This document shows, piece by piece, positions 23,264 to 35,965 of a stretch of 64,000 nucleotides of DNA. Source of the stretch: Eledone cirrhosa (taxonomy: Eukaryota); NCBI GenBank assembly GCA_964016885.1, contig OZ024740.1, positions 80,476,001 to 80,540,000 on the forward strand, read 5' to 3'. Within the stretch, counting starts at the first letter, position 1, and the number at the start of each line of letters is the position of its first letter. Made by a program: the position numbers and the translations under genes. Under the pieces are notes generated by a model. That model had not been told where the DNA came from. It ran no database searches and worked only from the letters and a program-made list of their open reading frames with translations.

Positions 23264-24882
23264 TAAATACTTTTCATTAGATAGTTTTAGTCCTACAATT
23301 GTTATTGTGTAATAGTTTTCTATTTGTTTAAGGCTCCTTCCTTCTTGTGTTCGTGGTAGGTACAATCGTTTTACATCTGATATTAGATAATTGTATTCTA
23401 AATAATGTTATTATTTTTCTTGTTTTTCTGTCTATTCCTGCCTGTTCCTTTACTTTTAAGTTCAGAATATTAAAACTAGATTATTACTGGATGTCAATTA
23501 CCTTATTCTTTGTATTTACTTGTTTTAAGTAGTAATTGAATCCGTGTATAATATTCCTAACTAATCTTTTCTTTCATCTGTGTGTGTTGAACCCTGTCTA
23601 GTTCGTTGATTCCTTAGTATTTGTATGTCTGTGTTTGATATAATTATTTTATCCACCATTATATTAGTGTTTTTCATTAGTGTTTCACTCTTCAGAGCTG
23701 CCTGAGCGTATTTTTCTAGTCCAAATTTTATGCTTTATTTATTTTCTGAATCCATGTTCTGTCTATAGCAGTGTTTCAAGTTGTCTCTTGTCTGCAGCAC
23801 ACAGCTTTCGACCATCCATAGGAGATGGTAACATTTTCTTGTAGCATTTATACTCCACCCCAATTCTGTTTGTGTCGCAGATAATGGTGTTAGTGCTATG
23901 CAAAGAAACAGTGGTCATAGGGAGTCTCCTTGAAATATCCTTCTGCTCATTGGCATTGGCTTAGTCTTTATGGTTCTATCCTTCGCATGTATCCACAGAA
24001 TTGTTTGCCACTTACTAAAGGCATGCTTGATAAATATCTTTATCATTGGTGCTAATTTATTCATGGCTAGTGTATTCACTACCCATATATGGGTAACTTA
24101 TGGTAGCTAATCCACGCCACACCGAGGTTTTTGTGCTTTTTCTGCAGTTTTCTGTTACGGCTTTATTGATTAGTAGCTGGTCTTTATAGTCATATGAGCC
24201 TTGGCATCCCTTCCCTTCTTCTCAGGCGCTTGGTCAGTTTCTGGTCTGTGCTCCTTGTGAACCATTCAGGTGAATTTTCTGTCTCTGTTCAAGCAAAAGT
24301 TTCGGATCTTGTCATGCCTGTGTGCCTTCCAGGTGTTTGCGTTATGTGTTCTAGACACATCAACTATTGTAATATCTTCTTACGGTTGCTCAGGTGTTGC
24401 GTTCGTTGTTCTTGCTACTTCTGCGTATGGTAATTTTCCTTCTTCTGTTCATAATCTTCTCCAGAAGTCTTCTACTTCTCTTACTTTCGGGGCTATATTT
24501 ATCTGTATTATGTTCCTATTACATTTCTGACAGAGAAGTTTTAGGATAGAGTGAATTAGTTTTTTATACCTCCGGATTCTTTGTGTCTTTGCAAGTATCT
24601 GTTGCTTTAGACATTCATTAATCTCCGAGATTTCTTTTTCTTTTATAGTATTTTCATTTTCTTTCCTATTCTATTTTTTTTCCGTATTACATTAAGGTTG
24701 AGTGGTATTTTCTTTTCTTTTCTATCTTTCTTTGTAGCTCTGATTTCCATGTTTGTGTGGGTTTTGTTATTCTTGTTGTACAGATCTAAGAAAGTACTCA
24801 CTTTCTTTCTTATCAACAGCAGCTGCTGCTTATATTACATTTTAAATCTTGTGATACTAATGTTTCTATTCGTATTTATTAA

Positions 24883-25400
24883 GGGGCGACGTCCATACTC
24901 AAATCGCCACGCAAAACGTCAAAATGACGTTTTGGACGTGACCCACCCACACAGTACCGAAAACGTCAAGCGTGACAAAGATGAAAAACACTCATAAAAA
25001 CCCTCAATTGACTTAGGATTAAAAATTAGGGATGTTAATCAATCTTCTTTTGTCGAAAAAAAGCTCATGTAGACAAAACCTTTTGGAAACAAGAAGACCA
25101 CGTTACTCTAGTCTGATTCGATATTTATAAATTTATTAATTTTTAAGCCTTTACGTCACTGCTTTCCTGTACGTAATATATTTTCTATATGGGAATTACT
25201 TGCAATTTAAAGCAAGTTTCAGGGGGGGGGGGACATAAGGCTAAATAAAATGGCAGAATACGTTGGCTGTTGGCAGGCGCGTGTTGGAGGTGAGTCAATG
25301 TTCTTAAATTATGATTATACGCAAAACGTCACAATCTTTTCTCAAAAGAAAAACGTCATTTTGACGTTTTGCGTGGCAATTTGAGTATGGACGTCGACCC
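24883..25400. mobile_element. PIF/Harbinger-type MITE
   Basis: ~50-bp TIRs GGG(G/T)CGACGTCCATACTCAAAT(C/T)GCCACGCAAAACGTCAAAATGACGTTTT; TAA target duplication at 24880-24882 and 25401-25403. Confidence 0.88.
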
Positions 25401-28400
25401 TAAGTTTATGAAAGCTAGTTTACTAGTTTAGCATTTTTAAATTATTGTTATTTCTTTACTAAGTTTTATCTTTGGGAGCTGTATTCTTTGGTCCATAGGA
25501 AGATCTATTTCCAGTTTTATTTTCTTGTGATCTTGAATATCGTCTTTAATGTTTATTGTTCCTATATCTTTCTCCTCATATTTCTGGCTGTGTTATCATG
25601 AATAGGTTTTTGTTGGCCAGTTCTATACATGTCTTTTGCGATTTGGTTTTGTTGCGTTTTCTTGTTTACTATATCTGTTTTGAATATGTTGGTTTTATGT
25701 TGTGTTAAAATTATGTTCGTTACTTGTGTTTTTTGTTGTGTATTTGTTCTTTTAAGTGCTGTTTTTCCATGTCAGATATTGCTTTTTGCTTTTAATATGT
25801 TTCTCTTTAAATTTGCTAGTTTGTTGGGGATCGAGTTTTAAATCAGAGTGTGGGTTGTATTTTTTCAGATTTTATCTGTTGTTGCTTTTTCATTTTTAGG
25901 ACATAGTGATACCATAAAATGCTTGTACAATTGAAGCATATTCCACTCGTGTCCACTTGTGTCTTTTTGATTTTAGTTTTGGCACTTGAGAAGTAAAGTT
26001 CAGCCCATCATTTAGAATGTTCTCATTTTTGTTGGGTACCGGCATATGTGCTTCTAAATTTGTACGATTTTGCGCACATCGGTCTTCGTACAATTTTTTC
26101 TTAAGTTCAAAGTACGAACAACCGCATATCTATGAGATTTTTTTTGTATTTTTCTTTCAGTATTTCTATAATATGAACACTTGAATTACAATCAATACAT
26201 TCTATGTTACATGCATCGGTATTCTTTTTTAAAAACTTTTCCTTGTTTCGTTATTGTTTGGGTTCATTGTTGTTTTAGTTGGTATGATTCGGGGTTGCCA
26301 AACTCTCTACGTCATATATTGGTAGTTTTACAACTAGTTGCAGTTTTCGCACGTGGTTACAATCTTAAAGAAATTTACAGGGTGGGTGGAAAGAAACTCT
26401 CTATTGAAAATTACTTATAACCTTGGCCTGCTATGAAGGTGAGGGCTCACGTGCAAGGTTAGGGCCCGTCCTCATTCTGCACACATTGTCCGTGAGTAGC
26501 TTGATGTCCAATTTCCAGGACGTATCTGTTATCGATATCCACATGAATGGCCAGCAATAAGCTCGGATTTAATGGATTTATTCCTGGAGGATGGGCGTAG
26601 GGATAAGTTTATAGCTCAAAGCCAAAAATTCTAACAATTAGAGGAACACATACGTTACATACGTCAGATAATGACCATCATACTACCAGAGTTCTGATGA
26701 TTTTAATCGACGATTTATCCAGACGATAAGAAACACTGGTGGAATATCTAAAGTTGCTTTAACAATGTACTGTACTTCCACCATTATTCAGTTCAAAATA
26801 AAACGTTTTATGAAAATCAACCAATAATTAATAAAGTTAACAATTTTGAATAGGGGATTTCTTTCCACCCTCCCTATATATGATAGGAAGTATCAATATA
26901 TAAAATATATTTTTGATAGGGCTCGTTGGTTCTTACCTGACATATTCGCTTTCGTTTTCAGGCCTATATTTACTATTGCTTCATCGATAATCTACGATTC
27001 ATTTAAAAACTTGCGGTGAGTTTCGTTTTAGACGTTCGTCATGCTATTACGTCCGAGTCTCTTCTTCTTCTTCTTCTGCTACTTTAATGTTGTTGTTATT
27101 GCTATTGTGCTGGCAAAATGCCAAAAAAGGAGAGGAGCGTTTTTTCTAAAAAATTCATTTTTCGTCAAAAATTACTTTTCGTTTACAAATTAGAAATAAT
27201 TTGTTTGGAAACCATTAAAAATGTTTTATATTATCTTTTAGATAATGAAAAACCTAAAACTTCATTCAAACCAGATTCTATTTCAAGTATAGTAATAAGT
27301 TGTTATTTTTAATAAACTAAAGTGAATATGAAAATCTATCTTGTTTTTACCTATTCCAAAATATATTCTGGAAATTTTACAAATTTGGCTACTATGCTAA
27401 TAAGTGAAATAATGGCAAATTTCCCGTTCCATTTTCTAATATTGTAAATGTCTCAATTAGTGCATTAATGAGAAAACACTCAAATATTTATATAATACTT
27501 TATTCAGTCCAAACATTCTGTCCAAATCTTAAAAGTGCTTTTGCACTCTTAAATGAAACGTGTCAGAAACTATTAGGTTGTAGTGAAACAACTAAATCAA
27601 TGTTATCCAGAAAAGGTCCTCACTTCAGTTTTTCAAAACACAGACAGAACACTTTCATATTGTTCAAAATAAACAACAGTTTCTTACAGGACTGTTTGAC
27701 GCAAGCATAACAGTGTGATTAAAAACTTCACCTCACAACGACATGGTTTCTGGTTCAATTCAAGTGTACCTAACTCCGATTAAGTGTCCTATATCACATC
27801 CTCAGCCTTATGAATGATATTGCGTAGCCGGAAAACTATATGAAACTATATTTCAGCGAACAGAGCGTACTTATTAGGTTTTAGATTTAGTATGTCACGT
27901 AGTTTAACATTACTTCTGGTGCCTTTAGCGGAGTACTCTCGATTCCTTCTTTTCACAACCGGTCTCATTGTCATGAGCGCTGCCATTGTTACCCACACGA
28001 AGCTATTTGAGAATTAAGTACGCATATCAGTTATTCTAAATAATTATCTTGTTTTCTATCACTGATGACACGTACATACATTAAATCAGTCTCTCTCCCA
28101 TTGACTTCTACAATATTTAGAGGCTGGGAAAATCTTTCCTTTCGATAAAATAGCTATGTTCTTTACTTATCTGAAGTCAAATCATAAGTATTTTATTTAA
28201 AAGTTAGCAAGGAAAGCGGCTAAGTGGATATAACACTACATAACTAAGCAAGAGAGGCGTTTGTGACATTAATTTGGGAGGGAGGTATCTCAGACGTGAA
28301 GTACATTTAACATGAAATGTAGTCATGATAGAAATGAGAGTGCTCTGATCAGTTAGCAGCTGGCTTAAAGTATCAGCATTGATAATATGATTTGATGGCG

Positions 28401-28691
28401 TCAGGAATTGCTGATGATTGTATGATATCACCGCATGATAGGATCACTGATAACTGGTTTAAAGATTAAAAAACAACGAAAACTAGCTATTTGAATCTTT
28501 AATCTTTTTATCTTACTAATAATAACTTGTAAATAGAAATATTTCTTTTTCACCCCTTTACTAGCTTCAGCCAGGCGCCTATAGCCATGCTAGACCAACA
28601 TCAGTTTTTAAATTGATCATGAGATGTTGATCTCTAATTAATAACATTAAAGAAATGAATACAAATAATATCAGTCTTTTTCTTTTTACAG

Positions 28692-28736
28692 ATGCATGCT
28701 ATAGCAGCAATAACAGCTGTTGGGATTTTATAACTG
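28692..28736 (+). CDS. Candidate 45-nt host exon (phase 1-1)
   Basis: Preceded by TTTTTCTTTTTACAG and followed by GTAATT; open frame (D)ACYSSNNSCWDFIT; lies in the least repetitive part of the window. Confidence 0.3.
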
Positions 28737-30149
28737 GTAATTATGAGGATCCTTCGCTTGTCAATTAAATTTGATGAAATCAGTAATGATGATTTAATAG
28801 GAGAGAGCTGGTGACTTCTGCGATTCTTATACGAAATGTGACATAATTTACTAGACAAACTGGAAGCCAAACTTTCACTAAATCCCATTTCTCTAAGATT
28901 GAATCAGGCAAAGCCACTCAACTTAAACGTCTGAAACCATATTACATGTAATCCTATAGATTGCATTGAATCATCTCCCTACTAATACATGATTGTATAT
29001 ATGTATTATCTCAGTTTTTGTAAAATCAATCTCGCAAAACTGATAAACTAGCGGAGTTAGTGTAAAATGAAATGTTTCTTACCAATTTGTATACCGAATC
29101 ACCAATTCTACAATACAAAAGTTCTACAATACAAAATTGTTTGTGTAAAATTAACTATATTTATCGAAACATCTTTCATCATAATGCTATGGAAGACCCT
29201 TTGATTTGTCCCAGACACCAACTTTATAATGAGAAAATTAGTTATATTACTAAATCCCTTCAAATCCTTTGTCTATTCAAAATGATTTGAAAATCAAAAT
29301 TATAGGCAATGTATTTCATGAGAGAAATATGGTGATGAAATGGTTAAATAAAATGTTTCTCAAAATTGAATATTGAAAGTGGAGATTTTCGAAAAACATA
29401 GATTTCATCATATCCAAAAAAATTTGAAACAAAGTATGTTTTGAAATTTACTCAAGTTTAATTCATATTTGTAAAATCATCATAAAATTATATAAAATAT
29501 TAGAATAGTGGAGTAAAACAGAGAAAATATTAAATATTTTTGTTAGTTCACATTCACATTTTTCTTTCGGAAATTATTGTGTTGGAAACTAAAAGTAAGT
29601 ATGTAGGTATGGCTGTATAGTTAAATACTTAGTTTCGCAACGATATAGTTTAGGATGCAGTTACACTACATAGCACCAAGTAATGTCTACTAAATCCAAG
29701 GATTCACTAATACTTTGCGAGTGGAATTTGGGAGACGTAATTTGTGCGGGAACTCGTAGTATATATGTATGTATGTGGACTGAAGCAAAATGAGATGTAT
29801 CTGTAATTCAAAGGGCTAGTCATGACATACCTTGTGTAACGGGAAATCTCTCTGTGAACTATGCTAATGGTATACCTATTTGTGGAATATTCAGCCACTT
29901 GCATGGTAATTTCATGAGCAGGTTGTTACGTTAATAGAATCAATTGCAATACCCATCCTCGAAACCAACGAACACAAATATGTACATACATGCATACATA
30001 CATACATACGTACACACATACACACATACACACACACATACGTACATATATAATACATACACACACAAATACATACAAACAGATAGATAGACTCCCACAT
30101 ATATGTATATGCATGTGCTCGTGACTGTAAAATACGTCTACTGTTTGTG

Positions 30150-30310
30150 TATGCAGCTTAGCTTAGCGGTACGGCGAAAACAGTCTCACAAAATACGTAC
30201 GAGCCTTGAAAAAATATATGTAACAGGGTCGATATAATCGGCTAAATCTTTCAATGTGGTGAGTCCCAGCATGGCAGCAGTCTAATGACTGAGACTAATA
30301 ACAAAGTAAA
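30150..30310 (+). mobile_element. Degenerate SINE 3' part (second SINE family)
   Basis: GGGTCGATATAATCGGCTAAA..CCCAGCATGGCAGCAGTCTAATGACTGA; related inverted copy at ~50635-50760. Confidence 0.5.
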
Positions 30311-30764
30311 AGAATATAAGGCCCTGTACATAATGTAAAACATTTAAATACAATTGTAGGAGAATACGTACCAAGGATTAATGAAACAAGTCACTTTACA
30401 TTTGTTTACACTGACTTCAATATTTCACTTTTACTATTTGTTCTCCTCTATGAAACTCATAGTTCTGCTTGTTCTAGATAACATCACTGATAATGTTTAA
30501 TAAAAAACGAAACTAGTTAGATTAATCATCTTCCTTAACAGACACTGGAAGACTAAATATATGTTCATTATTCTTATATGGATGAGACTCTAAACAAATA
30601 TGTTCATAACCAATGAGCATATACCAGTATGCATATGTGCACAACCGCACGTGTATGTGTATAAAATCAACAAACAGACGCATATACATATATATATGTA
30701 TAACAAAGAAAGTGTGGTAAGAAACCAGGTGGACCATAACGCATCAGAGTACTCGATACTTAGG

Positions 30765-30830
<66 letters not shown>

Positions 30831-31012
30831 TATATATATTTTAACTTTAATTATATCTCATAAAATAATACAACTGGCTTTCCACAAAATACATATAGTT
30901 AGCACCCCAAACACTTAAATTGGGTTTATACTAACATATAACCTAATGTTTGTTGAGTGAGATGGTTACCAGTCGGAGTTTAGCTTTCAGCTATCTCTGT
31001 TATCGTATTAAA

Positions 31013-31053
<41 letters not shown>

Positions 31054-31130
31054 AGGGAGTGTAACTTGGGGTTACTGCAGGTTCGCCCGGGTGAGCACTC
31101 GATGTTTAGGTTCATATATATATATATATA

Positions 31131-31800
31131 TGAAAACAGGGACAAAAGGATGATTATTAGGAAGAAAAATATATTTTTTTCCTTTTTATTTGTTTCTCTC
31201 TTTGTTTTGGGGTTAGAAAATGATTAAAACAAAATATTTTACTTTGTGTGAAGTGTTAAGGTATTAGTTGATTTATTTATTAATTAACAATGGCATTTAT
31301 TTATTTATTTATATATTCAATAATTGTCTATTACCGGTTTCAGCATTTTTATGTATTATAAAATGATAATAATATGTATTGATGTAGAATGGAGGTGTTG
31401 GACATGTTAAAGAAATGGTGAAGAAAGAATAATGTTATTTACAAACAAGGTTTATGAAGTGAAAATAAAAAAGAAAAAACCGGGCGTAATGTGGAGCATA
31501 ATAAGGCAATATGAAAGAAAAAATAATGTTATTTACAGGCATAGTTCTTGAAGATAAGCATATCAAAATGTGTTAATATATCAAGAGTGTTTAGTTGATC
31601 CACGATGGAGGCAAATGGTGGACTGGGGTTTCATATGATTTCCCTTTTTAGAGAGATAATATGCAGGGGGAGGTAATTCAGGGTGGAAGAGAAATGGTGG
31701 ATGGTATTTAATTTATTTAAGAAAAAGGATTAGGTAGGGCGTTTAGTTTAGTGCATTAAACTTCGGACTAAACTAAAACTGGAACGAACAATGAAACATT
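31131..31800 (-). mobile_element. Non-coding element next to (TA)n, same family as 55582-56281, with decayed hammerhead
   Basis: 31131-31655 aligns to 55582-56107; minus strand GAAA-CCGG-TA retained but core decayed to TTTATAA (31326-31368). Confidence 0.7.
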
Positions 31801-31829
31801 TATAAATACCTATGTCTCTCTAAAGAGTT

Positions 31830-32127
31830 ACCTTCCTTACACCCTACGAGATCCATGGACGAGTTCTCTCCAACGGTCTCTGTCCCTCATTATCGCTGCC
31901 ATGTCCTGCGTCTCCAACAGACCAGTGTCTGTCCTTAGGGCATCAACATACGTTAACCTTGGTCTTCCTCTTCCAGTGTGTCCATGTAGGGGCTCCCAGA
32001 GGAGCATTGAGTGCAATGTCAACTCTGGATGTCGGTGAGCATGTCCAGCTAACCTCAGTCTCCTCTGTGTCACTTTTGAGCTGACTTTTTGGAGGCTCCC
32101 ATACAGCTCTGAGTTTTTCATCCTCAC
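31830..32127 (-). mobile_element. 3' fragment of an RTE-clade LINE
   Basis: RRLRLAGHAHRH...LLWEP...GRGRPRLTYVD, typical RTE C-terminus. Confidence 0.75.
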
Positions 32128-32155
32128 TGTATATATATATACTGAACATTAATCA

Positions 32156-32189
<34 letters not shown>

Positions 32190-32282
32190 TGATTAATGTT
32201 CAGTATATATATATACACTGAGGATGAAAAACTCAGAGCTGTATGGGAGCCTCCAAAAAGCCATCTCAAAAGTGACACAGAG
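32063..32282. repeat. Near-perfect fold-back (about 95-bp arms) centred on (TA)n
   Basis: 32187-32282 is the reverse complement of 32063-32157. Confidence 0.9.
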
Positions 32283-33271
32283 TGATATATATATAAACTT
32301 AAAAAATATTAACAAAGAGAGAACAAGACAACGAACGGAAACAAAACAAAATGAAAAACATTTTTTTAAGGGGAAACGAATGAGTTAGTAGGTGATAATG
32401 CTTCATCAAACCACATAAGTTGATCTCTGCGTTCCTTACTGTTAACTCTCTGGTAAGTAGTCCCAAATAGTAACTTTCCTGTGCTTCGTATAACTAAATA
32501 TGTATGCATCTACACCCCTTACTCATAATTTTCTGATGAGTTCCAAATGATAGACTTTCTGATGTTTCCTCTGATCAAATATACAGGTAGTTATTTCCCC
32601 CACACTGAACCTTCTGGTAACTACCAAATCATTTTCTAGCGTTTCTATCAACAAAATGTTGTCAAATTATATGATGTCATTGTTATATTGGTTAAGATAT
32701 CTATATTTCAAACATAGTTGACGTTTCTTTGTTTTGAGTTTATAATACGCCATGGTCGCCTGTGGATTTCATCTTTCAGTGTTCTATCGAATAATGTACT
32801 CGAATGCTAGCCTAAATATACATTCCTATAAGGATGTAGATAGAATTATAATAGAAATATTTCATCACGTATGTAAGAAGTTACATCATTGATGTGCACA
32901 CCCCTATTTAAAATATGTTTTCTCAATTCAATAAGATTACTTGATCTTCTAGAAATGACAGTCAAATCTCTCTTAAACTAAATCAATGCTTTAAAATGAA
33001 TATATTGGACAAATTGGTTTCGAATGGGCTGTGAGAGAAAACATTTTAGGATGGTCGTGGCTCAACCAGAGCGGACGTAGTGGTATTTGTGGCTCGAGCT
33101 CAACCTTGCCTTTCATACTGTTGGGGTTGATGAAATTAAGTACCAGCCCAGGGTGGCGGGTTGTTTGGTTACTAGAAGAACGGACGAGATGCTTGGAAAT
33201 TACCTATGTGAGAAGATATTGTTGAGTTATTCTTATTGTAGTAGGTAGCCTCTTATTCTTTAAGAATAAGA

Positions 33272-33377
<106 letters not shown>

Positions 33378-33428
33378 GAAAGACGTAAAATAAGAAAATT
33401 ATAAAATTAACTTACTTACTAAAATATC

Positions 33429-33510
33429 ACTTCCAACTAATTAGTTTCTGGAATGGAGTAAATATATTTTCCGAAGAAGATATAGAGAAACATTCCGTCG
33501 TCAGGGAAGA
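33429..33510 (-). ncRNA. Type I hammerhead ribozyme (522-bp unit 1)
   Basis: CTTCC-CTGACGA-cGGAATG..CATTCCa-GAAA-CTAATTAG-TT-GGAAG. Confidence 0.85.
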
Positions 33511-33950
33511 CTATTTTCAGCTAAGTTTCCAGGCAAAGCGAGGACTCTGGAAACTTATTAAAAAATAATTCGGTGGATAGGAAATAGCAAAGCGTGGACT
33601 GAATTCCTAGCCATTGAGAAAATCACTGCCTCTGCGTCTGTGGCAAATTCAAAAAGAATCAATCACGTGACATCGAGGTCAATCAGTGGAAAGTGGTTTG
33701 CTAATAAGACAGCGGCCTGCCTACTACCATAGCAGCAGTCATGGCCAATATTGCTCGACAAATAATTTGGAGATAATTATAAAGAATTAATAACTAGTAA
33801 CATATATATACATACAGATGCATATCAATGCTAGCAAATATATAGGTTTTGTCTTAGTAACATTGTGGTTCAATGCATGGGGTTGCAGAACAATGATATG
33901 AGAGACGTAAAATAAGAAAATTATAAAATTAACTTACTTACTAAAATATC

Positions 33951-34032
33951 ACTTCCAACTAATTAGTTTCTGGAATGGAGTAAATATATTTTCCGAAGAA
34001 GATATAGAGAAACATCCAGTCGTCAGGGAAGT
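33951..34032 (-). ncRNA. Type I hammerhead ribozyme (522-bp unit 2)
   Basis: ACTTCC-CTGACGA-..CATTCCA-GAAA-CTAATTAG-TT-GGAAGT; small helix II changes. Confidence 0.8.
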
Positions 34033-34565
34033 CTATTCTCAGCTAAGTTTCCAGGCAAAGCGAGGACTCTGGAAACTTATTAAAAAATAATTCAGTGGAT
34101 AGGAAATAGCAAAGCGTGGACTGAATTCCTAGCCATTGAGAAAATCACTGCCTCTGCGTCTGTGGCAAATTCAAAATGAATCAATCACGTGACATCGAGG
34201 TCAATCAGTGGAAAGTGGTTTGCTAATAAGACAGCGGCCTGCCTACTACCATAGCAGCAGTCATGGCCAATATTGCTCGACAAATAATTTGGAGATAATT
34301 ATAAAGAATTAATATCTAGTAACATATATATACATACAGATGCATATCAATGCTAGCAAATATATAGGTTTTGTCTTAGTAACATTGTGGTTCAATGCAT
34401 GGGGTTACAGAACAATAATATGAGAGACGTAAAATAAGAAAATTATAAAATTAACTTACTTACTAAAATATCACTTCCAACTAATTAGTTTCTGGAATGG
34501 AGTAAATATATTTTCCGAAGAAAATGTCACGTGATTGATTCTTTTTGAAACTTAGCTGAGAATAG

Positions 34566-34647
34566 ACTTCCCTGACGACGGAATGTTTCTCTCTATCTTC
34601 TTCGGAAAATATATTTACTCCATTCCAGAAACTAATTAGTTGGAAGT
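34566..34647 (+). ncRNA. Type I hammerhead ribozyme (inverted arm)
   Basis: ACTTCC-CTGACGA-cGGAATG..CATTCCa-GAAA-CTAATTAG-TT-GGAAGT; predicted cleavage after 34641 (GUU). Confidence 0.88.
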
Positions 34648-34864
34648 GATATTTTAGTAAGTTAATTTTATAATTTTCTTATTTTACGTCTCTCATATTA
34701 TTGTTCTGCAACCCCATGCATTGAACCACAATGTTACTAAGACAAAACCTATATATTTGCTAGCATTGATATGCATCTGTATGTATATATATGTTACTAG
34801 ATATTAATTCTTTATATATATATATATATATATATATACACGGTATATATATATATATATATAC

Positions 34865-34960
<96 letters not shown>

Positions 34961-35436
34961 TATATATATATATTAGAATTGGTGCTCTGAAATAGCTATA
35001 TATATATGCATTTATATATAGTGTATTTTACAATACACTGTATGCTTAATCAAAAGCATTTCGAAGACCTGATGCTATTGTTTTAGAGTAGTAACAGACT
35101 CACTACTTTAATTTCAGCAAACAGGAGAAGATAAAGCTGACAAGGCCTTGTTTCGCACTTATTGATGCTCCTCCTGTCTGCTGAAATCATGGATGTTTGG
35201 TTCTTATAGAATTCTAGTAAATAACCAGGGACTGATTATACAGAGCGGTTGCCGGTCAAGCAGAAATTGAAAATTAGAATTGGTGCTCTGGAATAGCTAT
35301 ATATATATGAATGTATATATAGTGTATTTTCCAATACAATGTATGCTTAATCAAAAGCATTTCGAAGACCTTATGCTATTGTTTTAGAGTAGTGACAGAC
35401 TCACTTACTTTAATTTCGGCAAACAGGGGGAGATAA

Positions 35437-35481
35437 AGCTGACAAGTCCTTGTTTCGAATTTATTGATGCTTATCAAAGCC
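35437..35481 (-). ncRNA. Type I hammerhead, U3-A8 core variant (320-bp unit 2)
   Basis: GGCT-TTGATAA-GCATC..ATTC-GAAA-CAAGGACTTG-TC-AGCT; one helix II mismatch. Confidence 0.7.
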
Positions 35482-35920
35482 AACTACTCCTCCTGTCTGC
35501 TGAAATCAAGGATGTTTGGTTCTTATAGAATTCTAGTAAATAATCAGGAACTGATCATACAGAGCGGTTGCCGGTCAAGCAGAAATTGAAAATGAGTAGT
35601 TGGCTTTAATAAGCATCAATAAATGCGAAACAAGGCCTTGTCAGCTTTATCTCCTCCTGTTTGCTGAAATCAAAGTAAGTGAGTCTGTCACTACTCTAAA
35701 ACAATAGCATAAGGTCTTCGAAATGATTTTGATTAAGCATACAGTGTATTGCAAAATACACTATATATACATTCATATATATATAGCTATTTCAGAGCAC
35801 CAATTCTAATTTTCAATTTCTGCTTGGCCAGCAACCGTTCGGTATAATCAGTTCCTGATTATTTACTAGAATTCTATAAGAACCAAACATCCATGATTTC
35901 AGCAGACAGGAGGAGTAGTT

Positions 35921-35965
35921 GGCTTTGATAAGCATTAATAAATGCGAAACAAGGCCTTGTCAGCT
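35921..35965 (+). ncRNA. Type I hammerhead, U3-A8 core variant (intact copy)
   Basis: GGCT-TTGATAA-GCATT AATA AATGC-GAAA-CAAGGCCTTG-TC-AGCT; palindromic helix III, GUC site. Sister copy 35602-35646 has core TTAATAA (G5A). Confidence 0.85.

Larger units (their letters stand above)
22368..26420 (-). mobile_element. Old, degenerate R4/Dong-like element interrupted by a Tx1 fragment and a MITE
   Basis: Minus-strand remnants HKNLGVAWIS (~24120) and RRIFQGDSL*PLFLCIALTPL (~23920); N-terminal RHKWTRVEY (~25960); boundaries approximate. Confidence 0.65.
33378..34815. mobile_element. Hammerhead-bearing 522-bp tandem array (2.2 units) plus inverted arm, between (TA)n tracts; retrozyme-like or non-autonomous Penelope-like element
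   Basis: AGACGTAAAATAAG at 33381, 33903, 34425 (period 522); 34549-34815 is a reverse complement of the array; no coding signal. Confidence 0.85.

Noticed and set aside
26416-26480. HDV-like ribozyme at the 5' end of the old RLE element (minus strand)
   Set aside because: P2- and P4-like pairings (TAACC/GGTTA, CCT/AGG) exist but P1, P3 and P1.1 could not be built convincingly
26688-26750. CTGATGA..GAAA motif
   Set aside because: Cleavage triplet would end in G and helix I does not pair
31052-31113. 62-bp GC-richer island between (TA)n tracts
   Set aside because: Too short to assign; no ribozyme, TIR or coding signature found
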